Shown here in pieces: positions 46,068 through 56,478 of a stretch of DNA of 64,000 bases; the first letter of the stretch is position 1, and every line of letters begins with the position of its first letter. The translations under genes and the position numbers were made by a program. The stretch is from positions 20,873-84,872 of the forward strand of contig JAHFFE010000001.1 in NCBI GenBank assembly GCA_023248155.1. The letters are read 5' to 3'. The notes under the pieces were generated by a model that was not told the origin of the DNA, did no database searches, and saw only the letters and a program-made list of their open reading frames with translations. The stretch comes from Candidatus Omnitrophota bacterium. GTDB lineage: Bacteria; Omnitrophota; Gorgyraeia; 1-14-0-20-64-10.

Positions 46068-46499
46068 CTAGATATGGAACGTGTAGCGATGGGAAATCGG
46101 CGCGGCGGCCTGCTCGCGCGCCTGCGCAGCCAGCGCTTCCAGCGTGGTCGCTTCCAGCGAGCGGGCAACCGCCTTCTCGACTTGCTGCCAGACGGCGCGG
46201 GCCGGATCCGCAGCAGACCCGGCTTTCTTAAGCGAAAGGCCTTTGGGTTCAACGATTTCAAAAATCAGCTGGATTGGAATTTGTTTGGCCGGTTTTTTGA
46301 GGCGGTATCCTCCGCGCGGACCGCGCGCCGCCTCGACTAACCCCTTGCGGCGAAGCTGGTTAAACAGCTGCTCCAGCGAGCGGACTGGAATCGACTGCCG
46401 CTTGGCAATTGCCGCGACGGTAACAGGGCCGCTGCCCTGGTGGACCGTCAGGTCGACCAGCGCCTTGACTGCATAGCTGAACCGGTTGGAGGGGCGCAT
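46068..46499 (-). CDS. Rrf2-family regulator (CymR-like, no Fe-S cysteines)
   Basis: YAVKALVDL, IAKRQSIP...LEQL, RGPRGGYRL; follows cysK. Confidence 0.9.
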   Translation of the reverse strand: MRPSNRFSYAVKALVDLTVHQGSGPVTVAAIAKRQSIPVRSLEQLFNQLRRKGLVEAARGPRGGYRLKKPAKQIPIQLIFEIVEPKGLSLKKAGSAADPARAVWQQVEKAVARSLEATTLEALAAQAREQAAAPISHRYTFHI

Positions 46500-47431
46500 T
46501 AAAATTCCTCAAAATACGGATCGAGACTCAAGTACCGCTCGCCGGTATCCGGCAAAATCACCACGACTGTTTTACCGGGACCCAGTTTCTCGGCGACCTT
46601 CAGCGCCGCGCAAACAGCAGCCCCTGCTGAAATACCGACCAAAAGTCCTTCTTCCTTGGCCAGCCGGCGCGCCATGGTGTAGGCATCCATATCGTCAATT
46701 GGAATAATCTCATCAATGATTTCACGATTCAAAACTTCCGGAATAAATCCGGCTCCGATTCCCTGAATCCGGTGATGGCCGGCCGGTTTTCCGGAAAGAA
46801 CAGCCGAGCTGACCGGCTCAACGGCGATGATTTTTGTAGTGGGATCTTTTTTCTTCAGCGCTTCACCGACGCCGGTGATAGTGCCGCCGGTGCCGACACC
46901 GGCCACAAACGCATGGATGTCGCCCTCGATAGTGTGCAAAATTTCCTGCGCCGTAGTTTGCCGGTGAATGCGCGGATTGGCTGGATTTGAAAACTGCAGC
47001 GGCATGAATGCGCCAGGGATCGTTGCCGTTAATTCCTGCGCTTTTTTAATGGAGCCGGCCATTCCTTCGGGCGCCGGCGTGATCACCACCTCGGCGCCGA
47101 ACCGCTCCAATAAACTGACGCGCTCGGTGCTCATCCCTTCGGGCAGCGTGAGAATCAGCCGGTAGCCGCGCACGGCCGCGATCATCGCCAGCCCGATGCC
47201 GGTGTTGCCGCTGGTCGGCTCGACAATCGTGCCGCCGGCTTTAAGCAAATCCCGCTTCTCGGCGTCGTCGATCATCGCCAGCGCGATCCGGTCTTTCACG
47301 GACCCGCCCGGATTGAACGATTCAATCTTCGCGACAATGGTGGCCATCTTCGAGTTGACGACTTTGGTTAACTCGACCATCGGCGTATCGCCGATTAATT
47401 CCACGACGGATTTTGCAACTTTTCGGCTCAT
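46499..47431 (-). CDS. cysK: Cysteine synthase A
   Basis: NPGGSVKDR, EPTSGNTG, GVGTGGT, IQGIGAG, DTGERYLS. Confidence 0.96.
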   Translation of the reverse strand: MSRKVAKSVVELIGDTPMVELTKVVNSKMATIVAKIESFNPGGSVKDRIALAMIDDAEKRDLLKAGGTIVEPTSGNTGIGLAMIAAVRGYRLILTLPEGMSTERVSLLERFGAEVVITPAPEGMAGSIKKAQELTATIPGAFMPLQFSNPANPRIHRQTTAQEILHTIEGDIHAFVAGVGTGGTITGVGEALKKKDPTTKIIAVEPVSSAVLSGKPAGHHRIQGIGAGFIPEVLNREIIDEIIPIDDMDAYTMARRLAKEEGLLVGISAGAAVCAALKVAEKLGPGKTVVVILPDTGERYLSLDPYFEEF

Positions 47432-48711
47432 CGAATCCCCTGCAATGCTTTCTTGTGTGCGTTTAATGTCATCTCAATTTCTTTTTTTCCATGCGCCGCC
47501 GATACAAACCAGGCCTCGTACGCCGAGGGCGGCAGATAAATACCCTGCGTGAGCATCGCCTGAAAATAGCGGGCATATTTTTTCGCGTCGGCACGGCGCG
47601 CGCCGGCGGCATCACGAACAGAACCCTTTATAAAAAAGAGTGTCAGTAAACTGCCGGCCCGGCAAACCGTCACAGCAACACCGGCTTCGCGTGAAATTTT
47701 TTCCAGACCTTTTTTCAGCGTCTGCGCATTTTTTTCCAGCTGCGCGTAAAGACCCGGCTTTCGAAGCGCCTTCAGTGTCGCCAGCCCGGCGGCCATTGCC
47801 ACCGGATGCCCCGACAAAGTGCCGGCCTGATAAACCGGACCCAGCGGCGCAACCTGTTTCATGAATTTGCGCGGCCCGCCGTAGGCTGCGGCTGGAAATC
47901 CACCGCCGATAATTTTTCCGAGCGTCGTTAAATCAGGCTTAACGCCGTAGAGCCGTTGCGCGCCGCCGTAGCTTAACCGGAAACCGGTGATCACCTCGTC
48001 GAAAATCAACAGCGCGCCGTACTTTCGCGTAATCGCGCGCAATCCTTTCAAAAACCCGGGCTCCGGCGATAACACGCCGATATTGGCGCCGGCCGGTTCC
48101 ACCAGCAAGCAGGCAATTTTCCGACCCTCGCGCGCGAACAATTTTCGCACGGCAGAAAGATCGTTGTAGCCGACAGTCAGCGTATCGCGCGCCACCGCTT
48201 TTGGAACGCCGGCCGATGCCGGAAGTCCCAGCGTGGCCAGACCCGACCCCGCTTTACTGAGCAGCGCGTCGGAATGACCGTGGTAACCGCCGTCGAATTT
48301 CACGATTTTCGTGCGGCCGGTCACGGCGCGCGCCAGACGAACCGCGCTCATCACCGCTTCGGTGCCGGAAGAAACAAACCGGACCTGCTCGATCGACGGA
48401 ATTGCGCACGAAATTTCTTTCGCCAGTTCAGTCTCATCGGGCGTCGGCGTGCCGAAAATAGTGCCGCGCTGCAGCGCTTTTTGCGCGGCGGCAATCACCG
48501 ACGGCGGGCGGTGCCCCAAAATCAGAGCGCCCCACGATCCGACATAATCGACGTACCGTTTCCCCTCGACATCCCAGAGATACGGTCCCTGTCCGCGGCG
48601 CACGAAAAACGGACGGCCGCCCACGCCCCGGAACGATCGGACAGGGGAATTAACGCCGCCGACCAGATATTTCTGCGCTTCGCTCCAACAGCGCGCGTTG
48701 GTTTGTTTCAT
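47428..48711 (-). CDS. hemL: Glutamate-1-semialdehyde 2,1-aminomutase
   Basis: GGVNSPVRSF, SGTEA, DEVITGFR, GKIIGGG, QAGTLSG. Confidence 0.96.
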   Translation of the reverse strand: MKQTNARCWSEAQKYLVGGVNSPVRSFRGVGGRPFFVRRGQGPYLWDVEGKRYVDYVGSWGALILGHRPPSVIAAAQKALQRGTIFGTPTPDETELAKEISCAIPSIEQVRFVSSGTEAVMSAVRLARAVTGRTKIVKFDGGYHGHSDALLSKAGSGLATLGLPASAGVPKAVARDTLTVGYNDLSAVRKLFAREGRKIACLLVEPAGANIGVLSPEPGFLKGLRAITRKYGALLIFDEVITGFRLSYGGAQRLYGVKPDLTTLGKIIGGGFPAAAYGGPRKFMKQVAPLGPVYQAGTLSGHPVAMAAGLATLKALRKPGLYAQLEKNAQTLKKGLEKISREAGVAVTVCRAGSLLTLFFIKGSVRDAAGARRADAKKYARYFQAMLTQGIYLPPSAYEAWFVSAAHGKKEIEMTLNAHKKALQGIR

Positions 48712-48714
48712 CGA

Positions 48715-50499
48715 TTACGCCGCGCACTCTCCCTTGCCGACTTCCAGCTTGAACACGCCGGTCGCACCGAGATCTTCGTACAGTTCCGGTTTTTCCGAGA
48801 ACGCCGGCAGAACACGGAACGGATCCATTTCCTTCTTCAACCGCTCAACGCCCAACCGCTCGACCCAGGCGCGGAACTGTTCCGTCCCCTGCTTTTCGGT
48901 CTTGTACAGATCCAGCAGTTTCTTGATCGCTTCGGAGACGCGCTTGGCCGGAATCATTCCGAGCCGGTAACCGAACTGCGCGACCCCTTCCGCGGTGCGC
49001 CCGCCGACGAGCACCTGATAATGCGGAACCATATGCCCGTTGAGTTCGCTCGATGCGCCGTGGAATCCAAGATCGGCGATATGATGCTGTCCGCACGAAT
49101 TGGGACAGCCGCTGATCTTGATCGTGAGATTCTTGAGAACCGGATCGGTCACGAACGGCGCGCCGCCGTTGGTGAAAATATCTCCGACGGCCTGCGCGAG
49201 ACCACGCGAACGGGTGATCGCGATCTGGCAGGTGTCAGCACCCGGGCAGCGCGTCACATCGGCGACGGAGCCGGCATCGGACTGCGCCAGATTCAACTGC
49301 GCCAGTTCGTTATAAACCGCCTGCAGCGCTGCTTCCGGAACCCACGGAATCAGCAGGTTCTGCGAAATCACGGTGCGCAGATGCCCGCCGCTGTAAGCGC
49401 GCGCGATTTTCGCGACGCCATGCATTTGCGGAACCGTGATGTCTCCCAGCAAACAGCGAACCTGGACCGAAAAATATCCGGCCTGTTTCTGCTTCAAAAC
49501 ATTCGTGTCCTTCCAGCGCTGAAAATGCTCGGTCTGAACGGGCAGCGCCGACGGGATCGACTTCGGTTTCGGGGGAGCTGCCTGTTCGTAAACCGGCATA
49601 TCCCATTCCAAGCTGCCGGGCCGCGTCATGATCGTGGCGTTGCGTTCGTCCTCGAACTGCTTTCGGAATTCGTCGATGCCCCATTTCTTGATCAGAAATT
49701 TGATGCGCGCCGTGTTCTTGTTTTTGCGATCACCGAACCGGTCGAACAAACGGATTACCGCTTCAATCGTCGGAATCAGTTTATCGGCCGGCGTAAATTC
49801 CTCGAGAACATGCGCCTGAAACGGCACGGTGCCCAATCCGCCGCCGACGAATGTTTTAAATCCGCGAACCTCTTTTCCGTCGACCATCTGAATCCGCGCC
49901 ACGGCGCCGAAATCGTGAATGCCGACGCGCGCATGATCGGTCGGGCAGCCTTCGAACGCGATTTTGAATTTTCGCGGAAGGTTCTGGCAGACTGGATGCC
50001 GCAGGAAATAACGGCTGACCGCATCGGCGTACGGAACGACATCGAACAACTCTTCGGCCGAAAGTCCGGCGTACGGGCAGGCGCTCACATTGCGGACCGT
50101 GTTGCCGCAGGCTTCGCGCGTGGTCAGGCCCGATTTCGTTAACCGCTTCAAAATGGCCGGGACTTGCGGCCGCTTGAGCCGGTGCATCTGGATCGCCTGG
50201 CGCGTGGTGATGTGCGCCACTTTCGGCGTGGCATACTGATCGGCCACGTCGGCGATCGCGTCGAGCTGGTCGGCTGTCATCAATCCGAAGCGGATTTTCA
50301 CGCGGACCATATGCTCGTCCATCGTGCCGCGGATGCCGTAGATTCCGTTCTCGAGACGGAACCGGCGGAAATTATCCATATCCAGTTTCTGCGCCTCGAG
50401 CTGGCGGATCTCCTCCTCGAAACGGGAGATTTCGCGCGCCTGCGCTTCCGGATTAATCAACGCGTCAATGCGGTGCTGCGGATCGTCTATCGTTGCCAT
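48715..50499 (-). CDS. Siroheme/[4Fe-4S] sulfite (or nitrite) reductase
   Basis: TTRQ, CGNTVRNV, LPRKFK, CPGADTC, KISGCPNSCGQH; the cys context favours sulfite. Confidence 0.9.
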   Translation of the reverse strand: MATIDDPQHRIDALINPEAQAREISRFEEEIRQLEAQKLDMDNFRRFRLENGIYGIRGTMDEHMVRVKIRFGLMTADQLDAIADVADQYATPKVAHITTRQAIQMHRLKRPQVPAILKRLTKSGLTTREACGNTVRNVSACPYAGLSAEELFDVVPYADAVSRYFLRHPVCQNLPRKFKIAFEGCPTDHARVGIHDFGAVARIQMVDGKEVRGFKTFVGGGLGTVPFQAHVLEEFTPADKLIPTIEAVIRLFDRFGDRKNKNTARIKFLIKKWGIDEFRKQFEDERNATIMTRPGSLEWDMPVYEQAAPPKPKSIPSALPVQTEHFQRWKDTNVLKQKQAGYFSVQVRCLLGDITVPQMHGVAKIARAYSGGHLRTVISQNLLIPWVPEAALQAVYNELAQLNLAQSDAGSVADVTRCPGADTCQIAITRSRGLAQAVGDIFTNGGAPFVTDPVLKNLTIKISGCPNSCGQHHIADLGFHGASSELNGHMVPHYQVLVGGRTAEGVAQFGYRLGMIPAKRVSEAIKKLLDLYKTEKQGTEQFRAWVERLGVERLKKEMDPFRVLPAFSEKPELYEDLGATGVFKLEVGKGECAA

Positions 50500-50501
50500 C
50501 G

Positions 50502-51566
50502 TTATGCCCCTCGCTTGTTGGACAGCCAGTGTGCCAGTTCTTTTGCGTAATAAGTGATGAAAAAATCCCCGCCGGCGCGCCGCATCGCGGTGGCCAGTTC
50601 CAAAACAGTTCGTTTCTCGTCGAGCCAGCCGCGCGCCACAGCCGCTTTTACCATCGCGTATTCGCCGCTGACCTGATAAACCGCCGTAGGCCAGTTGAAT
50701 TCTTTTTTAACGGCGCGCACCACATCGAGGTACGCCATTGCCGGCTTGACCATCACGCAGTCGGCGCCTTCTTCAATATCGAGCGCTGTTTCACGCAGCG
50801 CTTCTTCCAGATTGGCCGGGTCGATCTGATAACCGCGCCGGTCGCCCAATCGCGGCGCCGAAGCCGCCGCGTCGCGGAACGGTCCGTAAAATGCCGACGC
50901 ATATTTGACCGAGTAACTTAAAATCGGCAGTGATGAGAATCCGTCCTGGTCCAGCGCCTTTCGAATCGAGGCCACCTGCCCGTCCATCATCGCCGACGGA
51001 GCGACCATATCGGCGCCGGCGCGCGCATGCGCGACAGCCGCGGCCGCCAGCAATGGAAGCGTTGCCGCGTTATCGACGCTGCCATGGGGCGACGGACGCC
51101 AGAGCCGCACCTTAAACGGTTTGCGCATGATGACGCCGGAAATACCCGGCTGGCTTAATACGCCGCAATGGCCATGGTCGGTATATTCGCATAAACAAAC
51201 ATCGGCGATCACGGCCAGATTGGGTGCCGCTTTTTTAATGGCGCGGATCGCCTGCGGAACAATGCCGTGCTCATCGTAGGCGCCCGACCCCTGCGCATCT
51301 TTAATTTTCGGGATGCCGAATAACAAGACGGCGCCGACTCCCAACTTCGAAAGTTCTTTGGCCTCAGCCGCGACGCTGGAAACGGAATGGCGCACCACGC
51401 CCGGCATTGACGCCACGGGCTGCGGCTTGCGCTGCGATTTCTCGGTGACAAACAACGGCGCAACCAGTTTTCCGGCGCTGAGTCCGCTCTCGCGCGTCAA
51501 ACCGCGCAGCAGCGGATTCTGCCGTATCCGGCGCGGCTGTTGTTTCGGATAACCGCTCAGTTTCAC
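50502..51566 (-). CDS. hemB: Porphobilinogen synthase (Zn type)
   Basis: DVCLCEYTDHGHCG, SAFYGPFRDA, MVKPA, YQVSGEY; GTG start overlaps the upstream stop. Confidence 0.94.
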   Translation of the reverse strand: MKLSGYPKQQPRRIRQNPLLRGLTRESGLSAGKLVAPLFVTEKSQRKPQPVASMPGVVRHSVSSVAAEAKELSKLGVGAVLLFGIPKIKDAQGSGAYDEHGIVPQAIRAIKKAAPNLAVIADVCLCEYTDHGHCGVLSQPGISGVIMRKPFKVRLWRPSPHGSVDNAATLPLLAAAAVAHARAGADMVAPSAMMDGQVASIRKALDQDGFSSLPILSYSVKYASAFYGPFRDAAASAPRLGDRRGYQIDPANLEEALRETALDIEEGADCVMVKPAMAYLDVVRAVKKEFNWPTAVYQVSGEYAMVKAAVARGWLDEKRTVLELATAMRRAGGDFFITYYAKELAHWLSNKRGA

Positions 51567-53071
51567 TGGCTGATCGCTTTCATTAATCCGTCCAATGTCC
51601 ATTCCCTTTTTTTCGGGAGCCTCACTTTTTTGATGCCGCCCCGCCTTAACGCATCGGCTGTCGCCGGACCGATGGCAATCATCGCGATGCCGTCCGTCGC
51701 TTGGGCCGGCGAAAGTTTCGCTGCTTTCAGCGCACGGACAAATCCGCGCGCCGTCGATGCCGAAGTAAATGTGGCCGCATCCAGTCCGTTCAGCGCTTTC
51801 TTCAGCGCCGCCGGCGCCACGGCCGTTTCGATCGTTTCGTAAACAATCCATTCGGTCAGCCGGGCTTCCTGCCTGCGCAGCCATTTTGCGAACGAATCGC
51901 CGGCGCCCAAATTCGAGCGCGGAATCAAGATCCGTTTCCCTTTCAACGAAAATTTTTTCAGCGCGTTTTGTAAACCGGCCGTCGACGATTCCGACGGAAC
52001 CAGGTTCGCTTTCAAACCGGCCGCTTTCACCGATGCCAGCGTGCGCGGACCGATCGCCGCCACTTTTCCGCGAACCAATCGCGGCAGCCGTTTGCCCGCG
52101 CGGCGCATCAACCGGTCGAGCGTTTCAACACCGTAATGGCTGTTGAATAAAATCCAATCGTAGTCCGGCAACGTCTGCGCGAATTCTAAAATTTCGGTCC
52201 GGCTTTTACGGAGCGGACGAATCATCACGGTCGGAAGAAGCACCGGTTCCATTCCGGCGGCGATCAACCGCTCTTTCAAGCCGTGCTGATCGCCGGAATC
52301 GCGCGTGATCAAAACTTTTTTCTTTTTTCTGCCGAACCGCCCGGCCAGCGAAACCACTTCGCCGATAATCGCAATCACCGGAGAACTGAATTCCGGCCTG
52401 TTTTTCAATTCGGCTTCAATCGTTCCAAGCGTGCTGATCAAAATTTCCTGTTCCGGCATCGACGCCCAGCGAATCAGCGCGATCGGCGTTTTGGCCGGCC
52501 GTCCTGCGCGAATCAGCCGCCGCACAATGTCCGAGAGCACCGCCCGTCCCATTAATACCACGACGGTGTCGGCCCCCTTCGCCAGCGCATTCCATTGAAC
52601 CGACGGTCTTTTCCAGGCCGCCTGATGCCCCGTCACGAATGCCACGCTGGAACTGGTCTGGCGGTCGGTTAACGGAATCCCGACAGCCGCGGCCGCCGCC
52701 CACGGAGAACTGACGCCCGGAATAATTTCATAAGGGACACCGGCTTCGCGCAGCGCTTCCATCTCTTCGGTAATCCGCCCGAACAGCGTCGGATCGCCGC
52801 CCTTGAGCCGGACCACGCAGCGGACCTGTCCCGCTTTCTTGATCAACAGCCGGTTGATCCGCGCCTGACCTGCGCCCTGCGCCGCCGGCCCCTTGCCGGC
52901 ATAAATGGTTTCACAACTTTTTTTTACCAGCTTCAACAGCGCGCGATTCAACAGCCGGTCATAAATCACGCAGTCGGCCCGGCGCAGTAACGCAGCCCCC
53001 TTGCGCGTAATCAACTCCGGATCGCCCGGCCCCGCGCCGACTAAATAAACGGTGCCGCGCGTTTGCTTCAC
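51563..53071 (-). CDS. cobA: Uroporphyrinogen-III C-methyltransferase/HemD fusion
   Basis: VGAGPGDPELIT, RLKGGDP; C-terminal HEM4 domain (AIGP.T, FTSAST). Confidence 0.93.
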   Translation of the reverse strand: MKQTRGTVYLVGAGPGDPELITRKGAALLRRADCVIYDRLLNRALLKLVKKSCETIYAGKGPAAQGAGQARINRLLIKKAGQVRCVVRLKGGDPTLFGRITEEMEALREAGVPYEIIPGVSSPWAAAAAVGIPLTDRQTSSSVAFVTGHQAAWKRPSVQWNALAKGADTVVVLMGRAVLSDIVRRLIRAGRPAKTPIALIRWASMPEQEILISTLGTIEAELKNRPEFSSPVIAIIGEVVSLAGRFGRKKKKVLITRDSGDQHGLKERLIAAGMEPVLLPTVMIRPLRKSRTEILEFAQTLPDYDWILFNSHYGVETLDRLMRRAGKRLPRLVRGKVAAIGPRTLASVKAAGLKANLVPSESSTAGLQNALKKFSLKGKRILIPRSNLGAGDSFAKWLRRQEARLTEWIVYETIETAVAPAALKKALNGLDAATFTSASTARGFVRALKAAKLSPAQATDGIAMIAIGPATADALRRGGIKKVRLPKKREWTLDGLMKAISQ

Positions 53072-54006
53072 TGCTTTGTAGCCCAGGCTCCGTACAACAA
53101 CCGGTCCGCGCCGACCGCGCGCAGGTGGCTGGCCAGCTCGATGCCCAATTTCTTCGCCGTGCGCACCGATCCGGAAACCGATTTCCGAAACGCGCGCTGT
53201 CCGTCGGGTGAAAGCACAACCGCTTCCAGCGTCAAATGATCTTCCTGCACACGGCCCAGCGCTCCAATCGGAACGCGGCAGCTGCCGCCCATCGCTTTCA
53301 AAAAAGCCCGTTCGGCCTCAACTTCACAGCGCGTCGGCAGATCTTCAAGTCCAATTAACATTTTTTGCAGTTCGGTGGAATCAGAACGGGTCTCGATCGC
53401 CAGCGCGCCCTGCGCGGGCGACGGCATCATATGAATCGGATCTAGATATTCGGAAATCCGTGTTTCCATGCCCAACCGTTTCAAGCCGCAAGCCGCCAAT
53501 ACGATCGCGCCATACTCACCGGCGTCCAGCTTGCGCATCCGCGTATCGACATTGCCCTGAATCGGCACATATTCCAGATCACGCCGCAGCCGCTTCAACT
53601 GCGAAATCCGGCGTATTGAACTGACTCCTATTTTCGTTTCAGGCGGGAGTGTCTTCAAAGTTTGCCCGGACACAGCCGCGACCAATGCATCGCGCGGATC
53701 TTCCCGCTTTAAAACCGCCGCGATCTTCAAACCGCGCGGCAGATCGCTCTCCAGATCTTTGGCCGAATGAATCGCCAGATCAACCCGTCCGCTCAACAGC
53801 GCTTCTTCGATTTCTTTGACGAACAGTCCCTTGATCGCCGTTTGCGCGCGCGTTTCAGCCGGCATGGTATCGCCGCTGGTTTTAATCTGCACCAGCTCGA
53901 CCGATAACCCCGGCTGCGCCGCTTCAATCAGCGCTTTGACCTGGCCGGCCTGCGCCAATGCCAGAGCTGATCCGCGCGTTCCGATTTTAAGAACCGTCGT
54001 TTCCAT
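53068..54006 (-). CDS. hemC: Hydroxymethylbilane synthase
   Basis: IGTRGSALALAQ, KGLFVKEIE, HSAKD, GGSCRVPIG. Confidence 0.96.
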   Translation of the reverse strand: METTVLKIGTRGSALALAQAGQVKALIEAAQPGLSVELVQIKTSGDTMPAETRAQTAIKGLFVKEIEEALLSGRVDLAIHSAKDLESDLPRGLKIAAVLKREDPRDALVAAVSGQTLKTLPPETKIGVSSIRRISQLKRLRRDLEYVPIQGNVDTRMRKLDAGEYGAIVLAACGLKRLGMETRISEYLDPIHMMPSPAQGALAIETRSDSTELQKMLIGLEDLPTRCEVEAERAFLKAMGGSCRVPIGALGRVQEDHLTLEAVVLSPDGQRAFRKSVSGSVRTAKKLGIELASHLRAVGADRLLYGAWATKQ

Positions 54007-54009
54007 TGA

Positions 54010-54420
54010 CTAAACCTCTTCCAAATGTTGCTCAGTCACATTTCCATCGCGGATCGTGAACGCCCGCGCACGCGGCCGCCCCTGATCTTTCAGCGTAACC
54101 AGCAGATAATAACCGCCGTAAAAATCCTGGATCGCCGTGGCGCGTTCGATGTCGCGCGGCGACGGATAGGCCTCGGTCGCGACATGCGAATGATACACGG
54201 CCAGATGTTCCAGTTTTTCCTGGCGGATCTGTTTCTGCGTTTTTAATTGCTCGCCCGGATCCATTTCATACCAGGTCGGGCTGGCCGCCGCGTTGGCAAC
54301 CGGAAATGCCTGCGTAATCGTATCGCCGGTGCCGGCCAGATATCCGCACGCTTCATTCGGATAGTCGCGCTCCGCATGTTCTGTCATTACGCGCATTGCC
54401 GCCGCCGTAATTTTCAGCAT
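54010..54420 (-). CDS. M67/JAB metallopeptidase (Mec-like)
   Basis: YPNEACG, YHSH....AYPS.RD. Confidence 0.9.
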   Translation of the reverse strand: MLKITAAAMRVMTEHAERDYPNEACGYLAGTGDTITQAFPVANAAASPTWYEMDPGEQLKTQKQIRQEKLEHLAVYHSHVATEAYPSPRDIERATAIQDFYGGYYLLVTLKDQGRPRARAFTIRDGNVTEQHLEEV

Positions 54421-54424
54421 CGGA

Positions 54425-55177
54425 TCAGGCGGTGCCCCATTTTGATTTGACCATCTTCTCCACTCGCTTGAAAATAAGCGTGTCAATGGCAACGCTGATG
54501 GTCGCGATGATCACCATGAACGCCAGCAGCTGGGGCATCTGCCGCTGCTTGGCAACATCATTAAGCAGCCGACCCATTCCCTGAATAGAACCCACCATCA
54601 GTTCTCCGGCCATCAACGCTCTCCAGCCAAACGCCCACGCCAGACGAAGCCCGTCGACAATGCGCGGAATCGCCGCGGGAACAATCACATGCCAGAACAG
54701 CGTTGCTCCCCGCGCGCCCATGGTTTTGGCCGCCCGCAACACCAGCGGAGGCACTTCTTTCACGCCGGAGCTGGTATTGACCATGACAATTCCGGCCGCG
54801 CCCAGCAACACGGTAAAAATCACGGCCGACTCATTCAGCCCAAACAGAACGATCGCCAGCGGAACCCAGGCCGCGCCCGGCATCGCGTGCAATGCAATGG
54901 CCAATGTTCCCAATACATCGTCGAGGAAACGGAACCGGCCCAGCAATAAGCCGGTTCCAATCCCGATAATAACGACACCGGTAAAACCGATCATCATTCG
55001 GCGCAGCGAACTGGCCACAGCAAACAGAAACGCGGCGTCCGTCATGTTCGTCACGACCAATCGCCCGATCATCAGCGGCGATGGCATGTGAGGAACAATC
55101 CTAGCGAGCGCCTCCAGACCCATCAGCACCAACAGCCACAGGGCCGGTTTTTTTAACCAGGTAATCCAAGCCTTCAT
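54425..55177 (-). CDS. Sulfonate/nitrate-type ABC permease
   Basis: AA.TMGA EAA loop, WRALMAGEL; start uncertain because it overlaps the ATPase. Confidence 0.88.
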   Translation of the reverse strand: MKAWITWLKKPALWLLVLMGLEALARIVPHMPSPLMIGRLVVTNMTDAAFLFAVASSLRRMMIGFTGVVIIGIGTGLLLGRFRFLDDVLGTLAIALHAMPGAAWVPLAIVLFGLNESAVIFTVLLGAAGIVMVNTSSGVKEVPPLVLRAAKTMGARGATLFWHVIVPAAIPRIVDGLRLAWAFGWRALMAGELMVGSIQGMGRLLNDVAKQRQMPQLLAFMVIIATISVAIDTLIFKRVEKMVKSKWGTA

Positions 55178-55934
55178 CTTTCACCACTTTCGCGATTTCT
55201 TCCTGTAAACCAAGTAAAATTCGTTGCTGAACCACCACCAGGTGCGGGTCGCTTTCGCGGCGCGGGCGCTGTAAATGGATGGCATATCCTTTTTTAAGCC
55301 GGCCGGGGCGCGCCGTCATCGTAAAAACCCTGTCAGCCAATACAGTCGCTTCGCGCACATTGTGCGTTACAAACAAAATTGTTTTTTTTGTTTCGCGCCA
55401 TATTTCAATCAATTCTTCGTGCAGCAAATGGCGCGTCTGGGCGTCCAGTGCGGCGAACGGTTCGTCCATCAGTAGAATTTTCGGATCCATCGCCAGCGCG
55501 CGCGCGATCGCCACGCGCTGTTTCATGCCACCCGAAAGCTGGTACGGGTAGGCACCGGAAAAACGCGACAAATGCACCATCCTCAAATAGTGGCCGGCTT
55601 TTTTGGTTTGCTCTGCCTTAGGCGCCCCCGCCATCTTCAGGCCAAATTCCACATTCTGCTGAACCGTGAGCCATGGGAAAAGCGCGGATTCCTGAAAAAC
55701 CACCACGCGGTCCCGCCCGGGTCCCGTAATCGGAGTACCATCAATCAAAATGCGGCCGGCACTCGGTTTTTCCAATCCGGCAATTAAATAAATCAGCGTG
55801 CTTTTTCCGCAGCCGGACGGCCCCACCAAACAGACGAATTCGCCTTCGGCGATCGTCAAGTCGATATCGGAAACGACATCCGTCTTGTTGCCGTTATGCG
55901 AAAACTGTTTGGTAACCCGCTCTAAAACAACCAC
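55101..55934 (-). CDS. Sulfonate/nitrate-type ABC ATPase
   Basis: GPSGCGKST, LFPWLTV, LSGGMKQR, MDEPFAALDAQTR. Confidence 0.93.
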   Translation of the reverse strand: MVVLERVTKQFSHNGNKTDVVSDIDLTIAEGEFVCLVGPSGCGKSTLIYLIAGLEKPSAGRILIDGTPITGPGRDRVVVFQESALFPWLTVQQNVEFGLKMAGAPKAEQTKKAGHYLRMVHLSRFSGAYPYQLSGGMKQRVAIARALAMDPKILLMDEPFAALDAQTRHLLHEELIEIWRETKKTILFVTHNVREATVLADRVFTMTARPGRLKKGYAIHLQRPRRESDPHLVVVQQRILLGLQEEIAKVVKDEGLDYLVKKTGPVAVGADGSGGAR

Positions 55935-56030
55935 GCTGTGTCTCCCCCCTGTGAAATTTCAGGCCGGCAGCGGATTCATGCCGCCACCGGCCCGTTTTGG
56001 AAACAATCGGGATGAACGTTTCCTAAACGA

Positions 56031-56453
56031 TTACTCCAGATACTTCGAGAGCGCTTCGGAAGTAGCCGCACCCACCACGCCATCAGCCTTCAGGCCGTTG
56101 GCCTGCTGAAACGCTTTGATCGCTTTCTTGGTCTGCGGACCTTCCTTGCCATCGACATTACCCTGGTAATATCCGGCAGCCGCCAGCGCCTTCTGAACCT
56201 GGCGCGTGCTTAGCTTCGACTTGCTCGACGACGATCTGCGGCTGTCGGAGCCGGAATTAAAGAGCGCCGACGAACCGGACGAGGCCGGCTGCCCCATTTC
56301 ATCCACGCGCTGATTCAGCGTGTTAACCTGGCCCTCCAGCATGTCAATGCGCGATTTCAAAAGATCGGTTTCCTTCGGTCCGCCGGAAGTGGCGCAACCG
56401 GCCAATAAAACGCCTGCCATTACCATCGATCCAACCATTGCTGTCTTGTTCAT
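56031..56453 (-). CDS. Peptidoglycan-binding lipoprotein
   Basis: LAGC lipobox, coiled coil, VQKAL...GYY.G.VDG..GP.T..AI..FQ...GL..DGVVG. Confidence 0.9.
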   Translation of the reverse strand: MNKTAMVGSMVMAGVLLAGCATSGGPKETDLLKSRIDMLEGQVNTLNQRVDEMGQPASSGSSALFNSGSDSRRSSSSKSKLSTRQVQKALAAAGYYQGNVDGKEGPQTKKAIKAFQQANGLKADGVVGAATSEALSKYLE

Positions 56454-56478
56454 CCCTTGATTTGTCTCCTTTATTGGA

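Noticed and set aside
48274-50142. 622-aa plus-strand ORF
   Set aside because: Antisense shadow of the sulfite reductase and hemL genes; no motifs; expected from GC-rich codon bias.
51567-51884. N-terminal extension of HemB in the ORF track
   Set aside because: Overlaps the cobA-hemD 3' end; the GTGA-coupled start at 51566 is more plausible.
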